From NCBI GenBank assembly GCA_965649825.1, contig OZ287696.1:725101-789100 (forward strand): a DNA stretch of 64,000 nucleotides. The letters are read 5' to 3'. The first letter of the stretch is position 1; each line of letters starts with the position of its first letter. The DNA comes from Penicillus capitatus. Lineage: Eukaryota; Plantae; Chlorophyta. Shown piece by piece: positions 1 through 10,619 of the stretch. The notes beneath the pieces are model-generated. The model ran no database searches. It saw nothing but the letters and a program-made list of their open reading frames with translations, and had not been told where the DNA came from. The translations under genes were made by a program, and so were the position numbers.

Positions 1-1101
1 TGTCTCTTTCACCATCTTCATCTCCTCTTCGTTGTAACCGTTCTCACCCATTGGAGAATTGTGTGAGAAGAGATTAAACGCATACTACATACACCACACT
101 CCATTCCTCGCATCTTGCCTTTGATGGAGACAGAGAGGAGACCTGGAAGGGGAAGATGTCTTTCGTCACTTCTTTACCATCCAACACTTCTCTCGTCTGC
201 AGCACCAGTTCGTTCATCGCCCTCTGTCCTGTTCAAGAAATGCAGGGAGAGATCATTCTTGGACAGATGCTTGGTCGTGTGGATGCCTACCTGCTCCGCT
301 GGCTGCTTGATACGTACTGACTACCATTCTCTTGACACCCGCTTTCTGGTGCAATGGTGTGACACCCATCAGCGCAATGATGGTGGAGCAGTTGGGATTG
401 GCAATGATCCCCGATCCTCCCAGTTTGTACGAAGCCATGTCCTCTTTGTTCACCTCAGGGATAATCAACGGCACGCCTTCTGTCATTCGGAAGGCGGAAC
501 TGTTGTCCACTACCTGAACCGACAAAAGGTGACCAGAGATCCTCACTGTTCAATCAAAGGCCGCCTACCATGCAACCGGCATTGGCGGCGATCGGGCCAA
601 ATTTTTTGCTGATGGACCCTCCGGCGCTGAAGAGAGCCACATCGACGTCTTCGAAACTGCCCAAGCGCATTTCCGCAGCTGAAAGATCGGCAACGAATGG
701 ATCCTACCTGTTTTCTTTGAGCTCTTCGACGATATACTCGGAACCGTCAAAATCGATTTTCTTTCCGGCAGATCTGCGAACATCGCTTTTTGGAATGGAC
801 GGCGTCGTGATCGGATCGATGAACCTTTGACTGGCAAGGAACTTGCATCCACTGTAAGGGAAGTTTCTTTGCTTTAGAACCTGCAAAACGAGTGTTAGGT
901 TATGACAGTCTTGGTGTTCTGTACTTTTAGAAATTCCTGTCCGACAGCTCCCGTAACGCCGACCACCGCAACGCGTGGACCGTCCTTCGTCTTTTCTGCT
1001 CTTACGGCAACGAGACGTCGACGCGGGCGACGTATTCGAACAGCCCTGGCCTTTAAGGCGCCCTTTGGCGGCAGCGCTGTGGGTAGAAGACAAGTAGACA
1101 T
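1..1101 (-). CDS. ASD: Aspartate-semialdehyde dehydrogenase, plastid-targeted; runs off the left edge (3' partial); 6 introns in window
   Basis: Transit-peptide-like N-terminus, then [49 protein letters not shown] and FNLFSHNS...[18 protein letters not shown] introns at 881-924, 774-824, 657-707, 514-568, 229-290 and 85-142 join these into one frame. Confidence 0.95.
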
Positions 1102-1172
1102 CTCAAGAACAACGACGGTGCGCGCACCGTCGTCTCCTTATCATATGTCTCCGTCGCATTCAGCGGACATTC

Positions 1173-2042
1173 ATGGAACTCAGCGAGGCCGATGCCGTCG
1201 ACGGTCTTCAGATCTGTTTCGAGAAAAGCCAAGAGCTTGGAGACGCGCCAACTTCGACCTTTGTCTGTATCGGCGATGTCATTGAGGAAGGCGATGTGTC
1301 TGAGTTGCTCAAGGGACACGGCACACAGTCTCTCAGCAACAAACTCGTCGCCACCGTCTGCGGCAGACTGGAACGCATTAACAAACTCGTTTCTGTGCGT
1401 CCCTTGAAGACGCGTTACCATGCAGAAGTGGGAGATGTCGTCATCGGTCGGATTGCGGGAATCGCCGGCGGTCAGTGGAAAGTCGATATCAATGCTCGAC
1501 AGGATGCCATGATGGGACTGTCGTCTGTCGTTGTTCCCGGTCATGTCCAAAGACGCAAAACAGCAGAGGATGAATCTAACATGCGACAGCTCTTTAGTGA
1601 GACAGATCTGATCAGCGCTGAGATCCAGACGGTACGCCACGACGGCGGAATTCAGTTGCATACCAGAAGTGAAAAGTATGGGAAACTGGGAAAGGGCCAA
1701 GTGGTGAACGTCTCTGCCAGTCTGGTCCTGCGTCAGCGACAACATTTTCATACGCTGGACGATATTGGTGTGACAGTGATCTTTGGATGTAATGGAATGG
1801 TGTGGGTTCGGCCAACGGAAGAAGAGGAAGTCCCATCAGCGAAGGAAGCGATGCAGAATGTCTCGCGGCTCTGTGCTGCAGTGAAAGCAGTGGAGAGGCT
1901 TTGTCTGCCTATCTACCTGTCTTCTGTCATTGCAGTCTATCATCTGTCCTTGGAAGCCGACGTTGATGTGCCGGACATGGAAGAACATCCGTTTTTGAGT
2001 GCCGTAGCGCAGGGGGCTCTGATGCAACGAATGCAGCAATGA
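1173..2042 (+). CDS. RRP4: Exosome complex component RRP4 (S1/KH), intronless
   Basis: 289-aa ORF with LVATVCGRLERINKLVSVRPLKTRYHAEVGDVVIGRI, WKVDIN, LHTRSEKYGKL and IFGCNGMVWV. Confidence 0.93.
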   Translation: MELSEADAVDGLQICFEKSQELGDAPTSTFVCIGDVIEEGDVSELLKGHGTQSLSNKLVATVCGRLERINKLVSVRPLKTRYHAEVGDVVIGRIAGIAGGQWKVDINARQDAMMGLSSVVVPGHVQRRKTAEDESNMRQLFSETDLISAEIQTVRHDGGIQLHTRSEKYGKLGKGQVVNVSASLVLRQRQHFHTLDDIGVTVIFGCNGMVWVRPTEEEEVPSAKEAMQNVSRLCAAVKAVERLCLPIYLSSVIAVYHLSLEADVDVPDMEEHPFLSAVAQGALMQRMQQ

Positions 2043-2764
2043 TGCTGTGCGTCATGTAGACGATCATGACGAATGGAAGCTGTGGTGTATCCCTGTAACA
2101 ATGTCACTGAGATCACACTCTGTATTGAAAATTCCTGCAATCGATTACAGGCAACATGCTAATTATCAACAGAACACCGAGGCTTATTCTCAAACGCATA
2201 TCATTTGCGAAGCTCGTGCTCTAAAAAGTCAGGCTTCTTAAAAAGTGCGAGTCAGTCTTTCACATTTCGGTTCGAAGTGAAGTCGTTTGCGTTTTGGTGT
2301 CCTGGTGTCTTCCCGGAGCACGAATTGAAGTTCATTTTCCTAACTTGCACGAAAGAAGTCCTAGGAGATCTCTACCAAATCTACACCAAAAACTACCAGA
2401 ATCTCAGCACTGTGTGTGATACGAACAAATCAGATTTGTCACCAACACAGATCCTATTTATCTTTTCGATGTCAAAGTGGTTTGCTCCCAAGGGGACAAG
2501 CTGTGTCGAAGCAGAGGCTTCAAAAATCGGCACTACAACACTCGAATAACTAACTACCTGACAGTCGCCCGAAAAGTGTCCGATGAGAAGCATCATATAA
2601 AATACAATCATCATCTGACCCTAAATGTTGATGAGAATATCCAACGCACCGTATCTACTGCGAAGTCTTGTGCGAACTTTGTTTTGTGATAAGGCAAGTA
2701 AGTGGCTTCTTAAGTTTCGTTCGGGGACGACCTTATGCCGAGTCTGTGCAGGTTACGACCGAAT

Positions 2765-5700
2765 ATGCAAGCACCGGATGAAGGACCCAGTGAAGTCGGA
2801 ATCCCCGCATCGGGAATAGGAGGAAGACCCTCTACCAAGCGCTTAACCGTCGGACAGCGCAATGACCCGAGACTTCTGCGTGCTGCCGCGATGAAATATA
2901 ATATCGACAGCACCAAATCGCTGGTGGTCGCGTACAACAAGACGACGGATAAAGACGAACGGGCCGTTCTCCTCAAATGGCTGCGCAAGTATGGCAGACG
3001 ACGCGAAGAATGTCTGAGGCTCGAGTCCGTTCTCGAGTACTCAGAATTGTCCAAAATCAAGTCCCGCTCCACACACGAAGACGACGTTCTGGAGGACTTA
3101 TTTCGGGGCCTCTGTTCCCGTCTCTGCCAAGGAGAGTTCCTCGAAACGTACACGGCTATCGCTCTCTGTAGGACGCTTACGCATGCCGATCCCTCCTCGT
3201 ATGGCGGCACTGCGCAGCTGGTCAACGTGACAAAGAAGCTTCTTGGCACTCTATCGCCACAGCCGAAGCTTACGAGAAAAAACTTTGCACAGTACGAAGC
3301 AACCTTTCAAGCACTACATCAAGCTTTCTTCCTGCTTCACATGTCCAATCGCAATGACATCGAAAGAAAAGAGAAGCAAGATCTCCGCCGGGCCATCGCG
3401 GCCAAGGAGAGTGAACTAGAGCTTTCGTGCAAGTACTACCCTCTGAGATTCCATTTAAATACTCTTCGGCAAGCAGTTGAACGCCTCGAGCTCAGAGATA
3501 CCCCGTCACACATAACACAAGCGATGCGATGCGTCGCTTGCGGACTGTATGTACTCCTCCACGTTTTCCACTGTTTCAGAAATCTGACAAGATGTGATAT
3601 CGATCCCGCGGCCATTGCCGATGCGTACGGAAAAAGCCAAGCCTATTTCGTCGACATGGGGGTATCGAGAAAAGCGTGGTTCGATTCGTTTCGAACTCTG
3701 ATGGCCGCAAGGCTATCTGCGTCGAAAACCGAAATGGATCTTGAGCATTTTGGCTTAGCATATCGCGCAGCAATAGAGGAACAACGAACGACGAGAGACA
3801 GAGAAGACTCGAAGGCATTGAGATTTGGCATCATCCAAGAGTTGGGTGTTCTTGTGAACAAGGGATCACCTGAGCACGTCTGCAGAGACGTCGCATTGAA
3901 GTTAACGGAACTCGTAGCGCGACAAGCTGTGGACGGAGGGTGGATTGATGACGACGATGTTTTGGTCGCACTGTCAGATGTCTTACGAGACACCGATGCA
4001 ATAACCGAATGCAACGAAGAGACCAAAGAAGCGCTTAGGGTCTTGTACGAATCATACAGGAGTGGTGCCTCGAAGGAATTGACGGAATTGATGAAAGCAA
4101 AAGACATGGAAGGCAGACATCGAACTGAAATCTCGCAAGCATTACAGGAGGAACGCGACCATTTGTGTACCAAGATTGGCAGAGACATGGGATATGTTCC
4201 ACCGGCTGTGATGAATTCAAACAAGGAAGACCTAAGGAGAACGTATATGAAAGACGACTTTGCAACGGTAACATCCCTGAAGGGGCAAGGTCATGTGAAC
4301 GAGAGTCTTGTTCTTGAAGGTGGCTTCTCTGTTCGAAGAAGGATCCCACAAACACGTCAAAGACATGAAGCACCACGTCGTTATCTACGAGGAGGTTGTA
4401 GAAGAGCGAAGAATCAAAGCAAGAGATGGTACGGACGAAGCTGTCCAGGGAGTGGAAGCGAGAGAGAGAGAAGGCCATCGGACCGCGAAAAGGATCAAGC
4501 AAAAGAATACTACGAGCAGAGGACGAAGGTCACAAAGCCCATCGCTCTTGACGACTTGTTCAAGCGAAGATCTCTCAAACCGGGAGATCCGGAAAGCGAA
4601 GTGCGGAGAGTCCTCATCTACGGAAACCCGGGATCCGGAAAGACGTGCATCACCAAAGTCGTCGCGAACAAATGGGCGTTGAGAGAAATGGCACGAGAGT
4701 TCAACGCCGTTTACGTGGTGCCGGTGAGAGTCTTGAACAGTGATGAGCCCAAGGGACAACAGTGGACGAGTCTCGAAGAAGTGATATCTCGAATTTGCTT
4801 CTCCAAGAGAAAACGCACTTCGGAGTACGAAGATTTGGCCCTCCAAATAGAAGATGACCTCGATAGTCCTTTAACGCTGCTCGTGGTCGATGGATTGGAT
4901 GAGGCGAATGACGACGCAAGGGAGATCGTGTCCACCATCTGGGAGCGTTCGTGCAAGGTCTTGTTCCTCTCTCGCCCCTACAACATGAGAAACATAAAAA
5001 CACGTGTCGACGTTCAAGTGGAGTGTCTCGGATTCAATGACGAGCAGTTGCGAGATTACATAGAGAGTGAACTGGCAGAGAACGAAGCCACAAACCTGAT
5101 CGAATCCCTCCAAAGCTCTACCGCCATGTGGGAGATGGCGCACATTCCGGTGACGGCGCACATCTTGTGTTCCTTGTCCAAGGACCACGGCACCGCAACG
5201 GAAGAACGAAGAAAGAGAGCGAGCATCTTTCAGATATACAAAGACATGGCAAACTACGTCTGGAAGAGGTTCAAGGAGAAGCCGGCGGCGAGGAACGTCA
5301 AGAGATGCGATCTCTTCGATGACCTGGAGAGAATCGCCTTCGAAACTCTTCGGAGTGGTTTGATTCTCATCCAACCAAGGCTCGTTATTGACTATGCAAC
5401 GTCTACAGACGCAGCTGGAATTTTCAAAGAAAGCGGCCTCCTATTGCTCGTGATGGAGGGTCGGCAGTATCAATTTCCTCACTTGACGTTTCAAGAGTAT
5501 TTTGCCATATCGGTACGTCACGAAGCAACAGCGACGTTGGATGGTATGGACCTTAATACGGTCATTCCTTCGGCTATCAATTTTTCGTCTGCACATGGAA
5601 AGGGTTTGTTTGTCATTTTTATTAGTACTCCCACAACATTAAGCACTCCTACTGAGGATGACATCATGCGTTCTGTTATGTTGCATAATGTCGCTTCAGA

Positions 5701-5812
5701 AGATATTGGAACTTGGACTAAAGACGATGTTGAATGTTTTTTTCAACGGTTGAAGGAAGAATTCTTTGACAGTTTTCCTGGATTGAGGCAATACTTTAAA
5801 ACGAAGAACTGA
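2765..5812 (+). CDS. NACHT (NLR-like STAND NTPase) protein 1 with ~500-aa helical N-terminal domain; likely frameshifted and C-terminally truncated
   Basis: Walker A IYGNPGSGKT, Walker B LLVVDGLDE, and YQFPHLTFQEYFA. The N-terminal region aligns by eye with the gene at 32442-36847. Probable intron 4268-4319. ATG at 2765 (the ORF track starts at 2735). Confidence 0.85.
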   Translation: MQAPDEGPSEVGIPASGIGGRPSTKRLTVGQRNDPRLLRAAAMKYNIDSTKSLVVAYNKTTDKDERAVLLKWLRKYGRRREECLRLESVLEYSELSKIKSRSTHEDDVLEDLFRGLCSRLCQGEFLETYTAIALCRTLTHADPSSYGGTAQLVNVTKKLLGTLSPQPKLTRKNFAQYEATFQALHQAFFLLHMSNRNDIERKEKQDLRRAIAAKESELELSCKYYPLRFHLNTLRQAVERLELRDTPSHITQAMRCVACGLYVLLHVFHCFRNLTRCDIDPAAIADAYGKSQAYFVDMGVSRKAWFDSFRTLMAARLSASKTEMDLEHFGLAYRAAIEEQRTTRDREDSKALRFGIIQELGVLVNKGSPEHVCRDVALKLTELVARQAVDGGWIDDDDVLVALSDVLRDTDAITECNEETKEALRVLYESYRSGASKELTELMKAKDMEGRHRTEISQALQEERDHLCTKIGRDMGYVPPAVMNSNKEDLRRTYMKDDFATVTSLKGQGHVNESLVLEGGFSVRRRIPQTRQRHEAPRRYLRGGCRRAKNQSKRWYGRSCPGSGSERERRPSDREKDQAKEYYEQRTKVTKPIALDDLFKRRSLKPGDPESEVRRVLIYGNPGSGKTCITKVVANKWALREMAREFNAVYVVPVRVLNSDEPKGQQWTSLEEVISRICFSKRKRTSEYEDLALQIEDDLDSPLTLLVVDGLDEANDDAREIVSTIWERSCKVLFLSRPYNMRNIKTRVDVQVECLGFNDEQLRDYIESELAENEATNLIESLQSSTAMWEMAHIPVTAHILCSLSKDHGTATEERRKRASIFQIYKDMANYVWKRFKEKPAARNVKRCDLFDDLERIAFETLRSGLILIQPRLVIDYATSTDAAGIFKESGLLLLVMEGRQYQFPHLTFQEYFAISVRHEATATLDGMDLNTVIPSAINFSSAHGKGLFVIFISTPTTLSTPTEDDIMRSVMLHNVASEDIGTWTKDDVECFFQRLKEEFFDSFPGLRQYFKTKN
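4460..4471 (+). repeat. (GA)6 microsatellite inside NACHT-1 coding sequence
   Basis: GAGAGAGAGAGA at 4460-4471; removing one unit restores the spliced reading frame. Confidence 0.8.
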
Positions 5813-5954
5813 ATCAATGGAAAGCAACGTTCGTTATCCATTTAGTTATTTGTATGACGCGGATCGATTAACTGTTTGCGCTGTATGGCATTAGTTTGGA
5901 ACTTCTCTGTTTGAATAAGCGAGAAATACTCTATCTCTTTGATTATATCGATTA

Positions 5955-6009
5955 AGCTGTCAAGGGACAGCTGTTAACTTCGCTGTCGTACTCTTTGGAC
6001 AGCTGTCCC
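5955..6009. repeat. Cluster of AGCTGTC/GACAGCT motifs forming nested inverted repeats
   Basis: GGGACAGCTGT (5964-5974) and its reverse complement ACAGCTGTCCC (5999-6009). GGACAGCTGTCC (5997-6008) is a perfect palindrome. AGCTGTC-AAGG-GACAGCT hairpin at 5955-5972. Confidence 0.6.
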
Positions 6010-7089
6010 CTTTCGGGTCATATCAACATCTGGATACCTAAACACGTCCCCTGTAGTAACTCTATCTCGTCTGTAATCCATAGTGTTCGTAGCATCCCAC
6101 CTCGACGTAAGCAATTTCTAGTTTCGGAATTAGTTGACTGAGGTTACATCAGAATCAAATCTGATAGCTCAGTTTCAGTTTTGTATTTAGGCTTTGTTGT
6201 GTTTCAAAACAGCTGAAAAGTGAAGAAGCATTATCTGTGTCCATTGCCCAAATCACATGTCAAAGGCTGACGGTGTTCGAACTCTGATTCATACTCACAT
6301 GTGTTTATTGCGATGTTTTGCGAGTTGGCATTTGAAGCGATGCGAAACTCTTCGTTTTATCTCATCAAAACGCCTTATTTACTTCTTGACCATGAGCCAC
6401 AATGAATGAAACCTGCAACATCCTAGAGAGCTCGATTACAAAAGCTATCGTCATAAGCACAGTGAAGGTAATCTTCACATCCGTGGTTTTTGGCTTCATC
6501 GCCGCCTAGACATCAAATCTCTGCCTATCGAGGAGTTAGAGACGTCGAATGGTAGACATATATCAAAGGATCGTTCATGAAATAATTGTTGCGCTTGACT
6601 CGACTTTTACCTTTTCTGCTCTGAAATGTGGTTGATAGAAATGCTCCATTGAATGGGAAAACATCGCATGGTCACTGAGTGTTTTCATTGAAGGTAACAT
6701 CGGCCACCACATCATTATCTCTAGTGTTAAGCATATTCATTGTTTTTCCCTGACAAAACAGTTCTCTTTATTGTCACGATTTACCTGGTCAAGGGCACCA
6801 TCTACGGTTGCCGTTTCTGTGGTTTCTCTAATGAGAGGGTCAAGGCTGAGGTGTCGCTGGGACGAGTATCTGCATGTGTTTCTCATTTCCTATCGCTCGA
6901 TTTCGATGAGATGATATGGGAAGGTCCGTCCGAGTATGTATGATTTCATTAAGCTGTCCTGAACGACTTACTCTAGACAGAGAGTCGGGAGGACACCTCT
7001 AACTTTCACACAAAAAGAGACTTTTACACTCATTCATGTCCAGAGATTTGCAAGTACCTTCGACCATTCTATCAATACGTTTAACCACG

Positions 7090-7770
7090 TCATTACAACA
7101 AAGGCCATGGTGGCACAGAGAACCAAATCTTTTGCAAGGTGAAAGGCTTTCCCGGGATTCTGTCTTTCAAATCGCTCAAAGCGGCCGTAATGCACAATAT
7201 GGCAGAGAAGAACTGTGCCATGTCAAAATCAATCATGCATGTTCCTGTCCTCTTCCTCTTGCCTAGTCTTCTCTTTTCTTTCTCGATGACCCTCTCGACA
7301 AAATCGCGTACAATGCTGTTTCAGTCCATCGTCATTATCTTACGCAGACATATCACACAGCGTCCTTCAGTATTTTCAAGTTAACATCGCCATCCACTCA
7401 CTTGACGATGCATTGGAAGTAGGAGGACAGTGGTCTGTCCATGCCGACCACAAAGTGGAAATCTCGCGCGACAGAACGGGAAAAGTAGGAGGTACATCCG
7501 GAGGCGGGGGCGGAAGCAATGTTCCGTGGACTGATTCTTCTTTCACTTTCTGGACCTTCTTGTCTCCTCCTCTTCCCTCTTCCCTGTGACACCAATCCAC
7601 TTTTCCTACAGAGATCAACATTTTCCGCCTTACCTCCTCGGTGACGGTGGGCTTTCCAAGGTCTCGTGGCTCAGAAGTGCATTACTGTACGAACTGCACA
7701 GACAAAGCACGAGTCCTGCGTTGCTGCCGTGCAGTGGAGCAAACTTGCTTCAGCAACAGATGGCGACCTT
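7090..7770 (-). CDS. Possible small hypothetical protein (spliced; boundaries uncertain)
   Basis: Protein-like frames ...SYFQCIV and IVRDFVERVIEKEKRRLGKRKR can be joined by a GT-AG intron at 7316-7401. The 5' end is unresolved. Confidence 0.3.
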
Positions 7771-7843
7771 CCATCGTTATTGATGTGACACGCGCGTCGG
7801 TCTGCTGCTTTTACCCTTGCATTCGAAGCCAGTTGATTCGAGT

Positions 7844-9123
7844 ATGTATCACGACGACAGAACTGAACGGAACTATACGCGAGAGCGTCGCTACGACCGC
7901 TATGATAACAGATGTGACCATCGCCACGACGGTCGCTATGACAGTCGCTATGACCGACGTTATGAAAGAAACGACAGCTACAGGAACGACTCTTATCGCC
8001 GGTACCACTCTTCGACTCCATCCCCCTCGTCTACAGTTCTGTGAATGTCAGTCGCTCTGGCTATGAGCGTCGAGACTATGGACGTGGAACAAGCAACTAT
8101 GCACCCCCTCGACGCGAGAATCAGCCCATGACCCGTGAACAGCTGGAACGCCGTGTCTACTGTCACAATCTCTCTTACCGCAGCTCCTGGCAGGCGAGCC
8201 CCATCGGGATTCCAAATCACCTGTCACATCATCTCACTGTAGGATCTGAAAGACTACATGAGACAGGCAGGAGATGTTGAACATGTGCGGATCATGGAGG
8301 ATAGTGAAGGTCGTTCCCGGGTATGTCTTGTGAGGAGTCCATGGCTTCCGTGGAGTCACATGGCGGACCACTCGATTCACATTTGTTGCTGCACTATTTT
8401 CTGTCTTTGATGCTGATGCTGATGATGCTGATGGTTACACCGAGAGAGAACGGGATTCGTTACCCTCTGTTCAAAGGAGATCGGTGACGCATGTTTGGAT
8501 TGGTGTTGAAGGGATGCGCTGTGGTCATGTTTACGTCGAAGGAAGGAGCCCGTAAGGCAATCAAAACCCTCAACGACACTCAGTTTGGCGGTAACACTCT
8601 CTCTGCATGTTCAGTTCTGTCCATCCAGGAGATGATGTCGTTTGCAGGGCGTTCTATCTTTGTCCGCGAAGATCGTGCCTACAGCGAAAGAAAATCATCC
8701 AAAGACAGCAGACGCCGTGATTCCTCCACCGATTCTTCCTCCGAATCCGAAAGCAGCTCCCCCAAAAGATCTAGTCGGAGAGATCATCACCATCACCGTG
8801 AGAAAGATGAAGATCACGGAAGATCTTCAAAGCATCGACACCGATCTCGTTCGCGCAGTCCGTCAAGGTAGACAGGACAGAAGGAAAGAAGCTCTTTATT
8901 TCCTTGTCCTGTTTCGCCAGTCACTCCTCCAGTCGCGATGACGAGCGTCGTCATCGAGATCGCTCCTCTGAGAGAAGTTCAAGTCGTGAAGATGACAAAG
9001 CGTCTTCACGAGAAGAGAAGAACGATGAAGTCACGGCATCTGTCACATCGTTCTCTTGTTGATGAATGTTGTTGGATTTTGATTTAGGATGCAAAGCATT
9101 CCAAAGAAGAGCGTGATGCATAG
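7844..9123 (+). CDS. RRM protein (GBP2/hnRNP-M-like RRM) flanked by Arg/Asp/Tyr-rich and Arg/Ser-rich low-complexity regions
   Basis: RVYCHNLSYRSSWQ|DLKDYMRQAGDV...GCAVVMF...AIKTLNDTQFG|GRSIFVRED. RYD repeats at the N-terminus, RSRSRSPS tail. GC-AG intron at 8194-8242. Confidence 0.85.
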
Positions 9124-9197
9124 TTGTTTGTCATCTGATGTTCTGTTTGGCCTGTTTGAGTTCAAGGATGTCTGTTTGGGACGTTTACAAGAGGATT

Positions 9198-10619
9198 TTA
9201 CCATATGAATCGTGCCTCTGTCCCATCATCCCACAGAAACGGTTTCAGCAGGAAGAGACGGAGAATCCAGCAATTGAGGACTGCATAGACAGAAAACTGG
9301 ACAAGTAGCCAAGGGCGATTTAAGGATGGCAGATTGAGGGCAGCTAAAAACGTAGGAGGAAGAAAGTACCTGCCACAGAAGAAGATATAACCAGCATCTG
9401 GTGCAGCAATGGTGCTTACCGGAGTTCCAGCAGTCCACTGGGTACGATCGAGGCGCTGCTGCAGAGAAGGAAGGCCAGTGTCCACAAAGGACCTTTTGCC
9501 CGATTGAGGGTCCTCATCGTCACAAAGGCAGCTGTCCATGTCAGTGGCAACAAGATAAAGACCAGTCTATCTTGTGACAGTACCCTTCTCCAAAGATAAA
9601 ATGTCACATGTCTGTTGTCAGCTAAGAGATATGGATGTGCTATTCTGCCATAGAACAACGAAAGAGATAGAGCGACACAGACTAGGATACTAGAGAAAAG
9701 GGCGGCTCCACTAGAAAGGTGGGAGAGAAGAGATTTCATGAGTTGCGGAGGGGAAATGAAGGGAAAGAACAGAAGTAAGAGAAAGAGAAAGAGATAAGGG
9801 ATTTGAGCACCGTGCAACGCAGGCTGATGGGCTGCTTTGTCGCCCACGACAATACCGCCATTGTACACAACGAATCCGACGAAACTCAGCAAAACCAAGA
9901 GATGTGGCCATGAGAATTTCAACAGTGCGGTCCTCCTGTGCCATGCCTTTCGAATCAGAGCCTGAATTTCAGACCACAGTGTCGAATTCGGTGGAAGCTC
10001 GAGTTTGAGAAATCGCAAGATCGTCTCAAACAACAAGAAAGCGACCCAAATGACATTCGTCTGTCGGACCAGAATCGAGAGCCATCCCATCAAAGCAGCC
10101 CATGCATTACGTTGTTGAAGGGAAAGGAGGTAGGTTAACAGGATGAGAGACATCGACATCATGTCCGTGTAGAACAGGAAGGTGTAGAACCAGTAGACAG
10201 GGAAAAAACTCAAACAGACACTCCACTCTTTACTCTCTTGGCCTTCATGGATTCTATCCCGTACGGCTTTCATCAGAAGAGAATTGCACAACCATAGAGA
10301 GAGGTTGAAGGACCGGAGCACGAACAGATGGCAGCCCACTCCAGTGAGCCAACCAACGCTACGAGAGTAGACTGCCGCTAATAGATGAAATCCAGCAGGA
10401 GTCGTGATCTTGGGATCCCAAGTCCAGAAATCTCCTTGACAGTAGCGCTGTGTTTGGGGAACATGGAAGATTTCGTCCTGCACGTTGCGAGACGCAGCTC
10501 AGCTGCTACGCGCGACGTGTATGCGGTACCATGTATGCGACAGGAACGACGTAGGAAACGAGGATCCATGTAAACAGGACGAACAGTTGTGGGACATAAG
10601 GAATAAATTGTTGCATCAT
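9198..10619 (-). CDS. ALG10: Dol-P-Glc:Glc2Man9GlcNAc2-PP-Dol alpha-1,2-glucosyltransferase
   Basis: Exon 1 (10530-10619) MMQQFIPYVPQLFVLFTWILVSYVVPVAYM, intron 10478-10529, then DEIFHVPQTQRYC...WDPKITTP, RQTNVIW, VVGDKAAH, HPYLLADNRH, LELR|YF and a C-terminal RFIW. Confidence 0.93.

Noticed and set aside
2047-7030. NACHT-1 as cargo of a DNA transposon
   Set aside because: The flanks are non-coding and AT-richer, but I found no terminal inverted repeats, target-site duplication or transposase.
7844-8030. CGCTA(T/C)GA repeats resembling a short tandem or CRISPR-like array
   Set aside because: They are codon repeats for an Arg-Tyr-Asp low-complexity protein segment, with no spacer structure.
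8400-8425. GCTGAT repeats in the long RRM-gene intron as a C/D snoRNA
   Set aside because: No proper C box with terminal stem; this is a simple short repeat.
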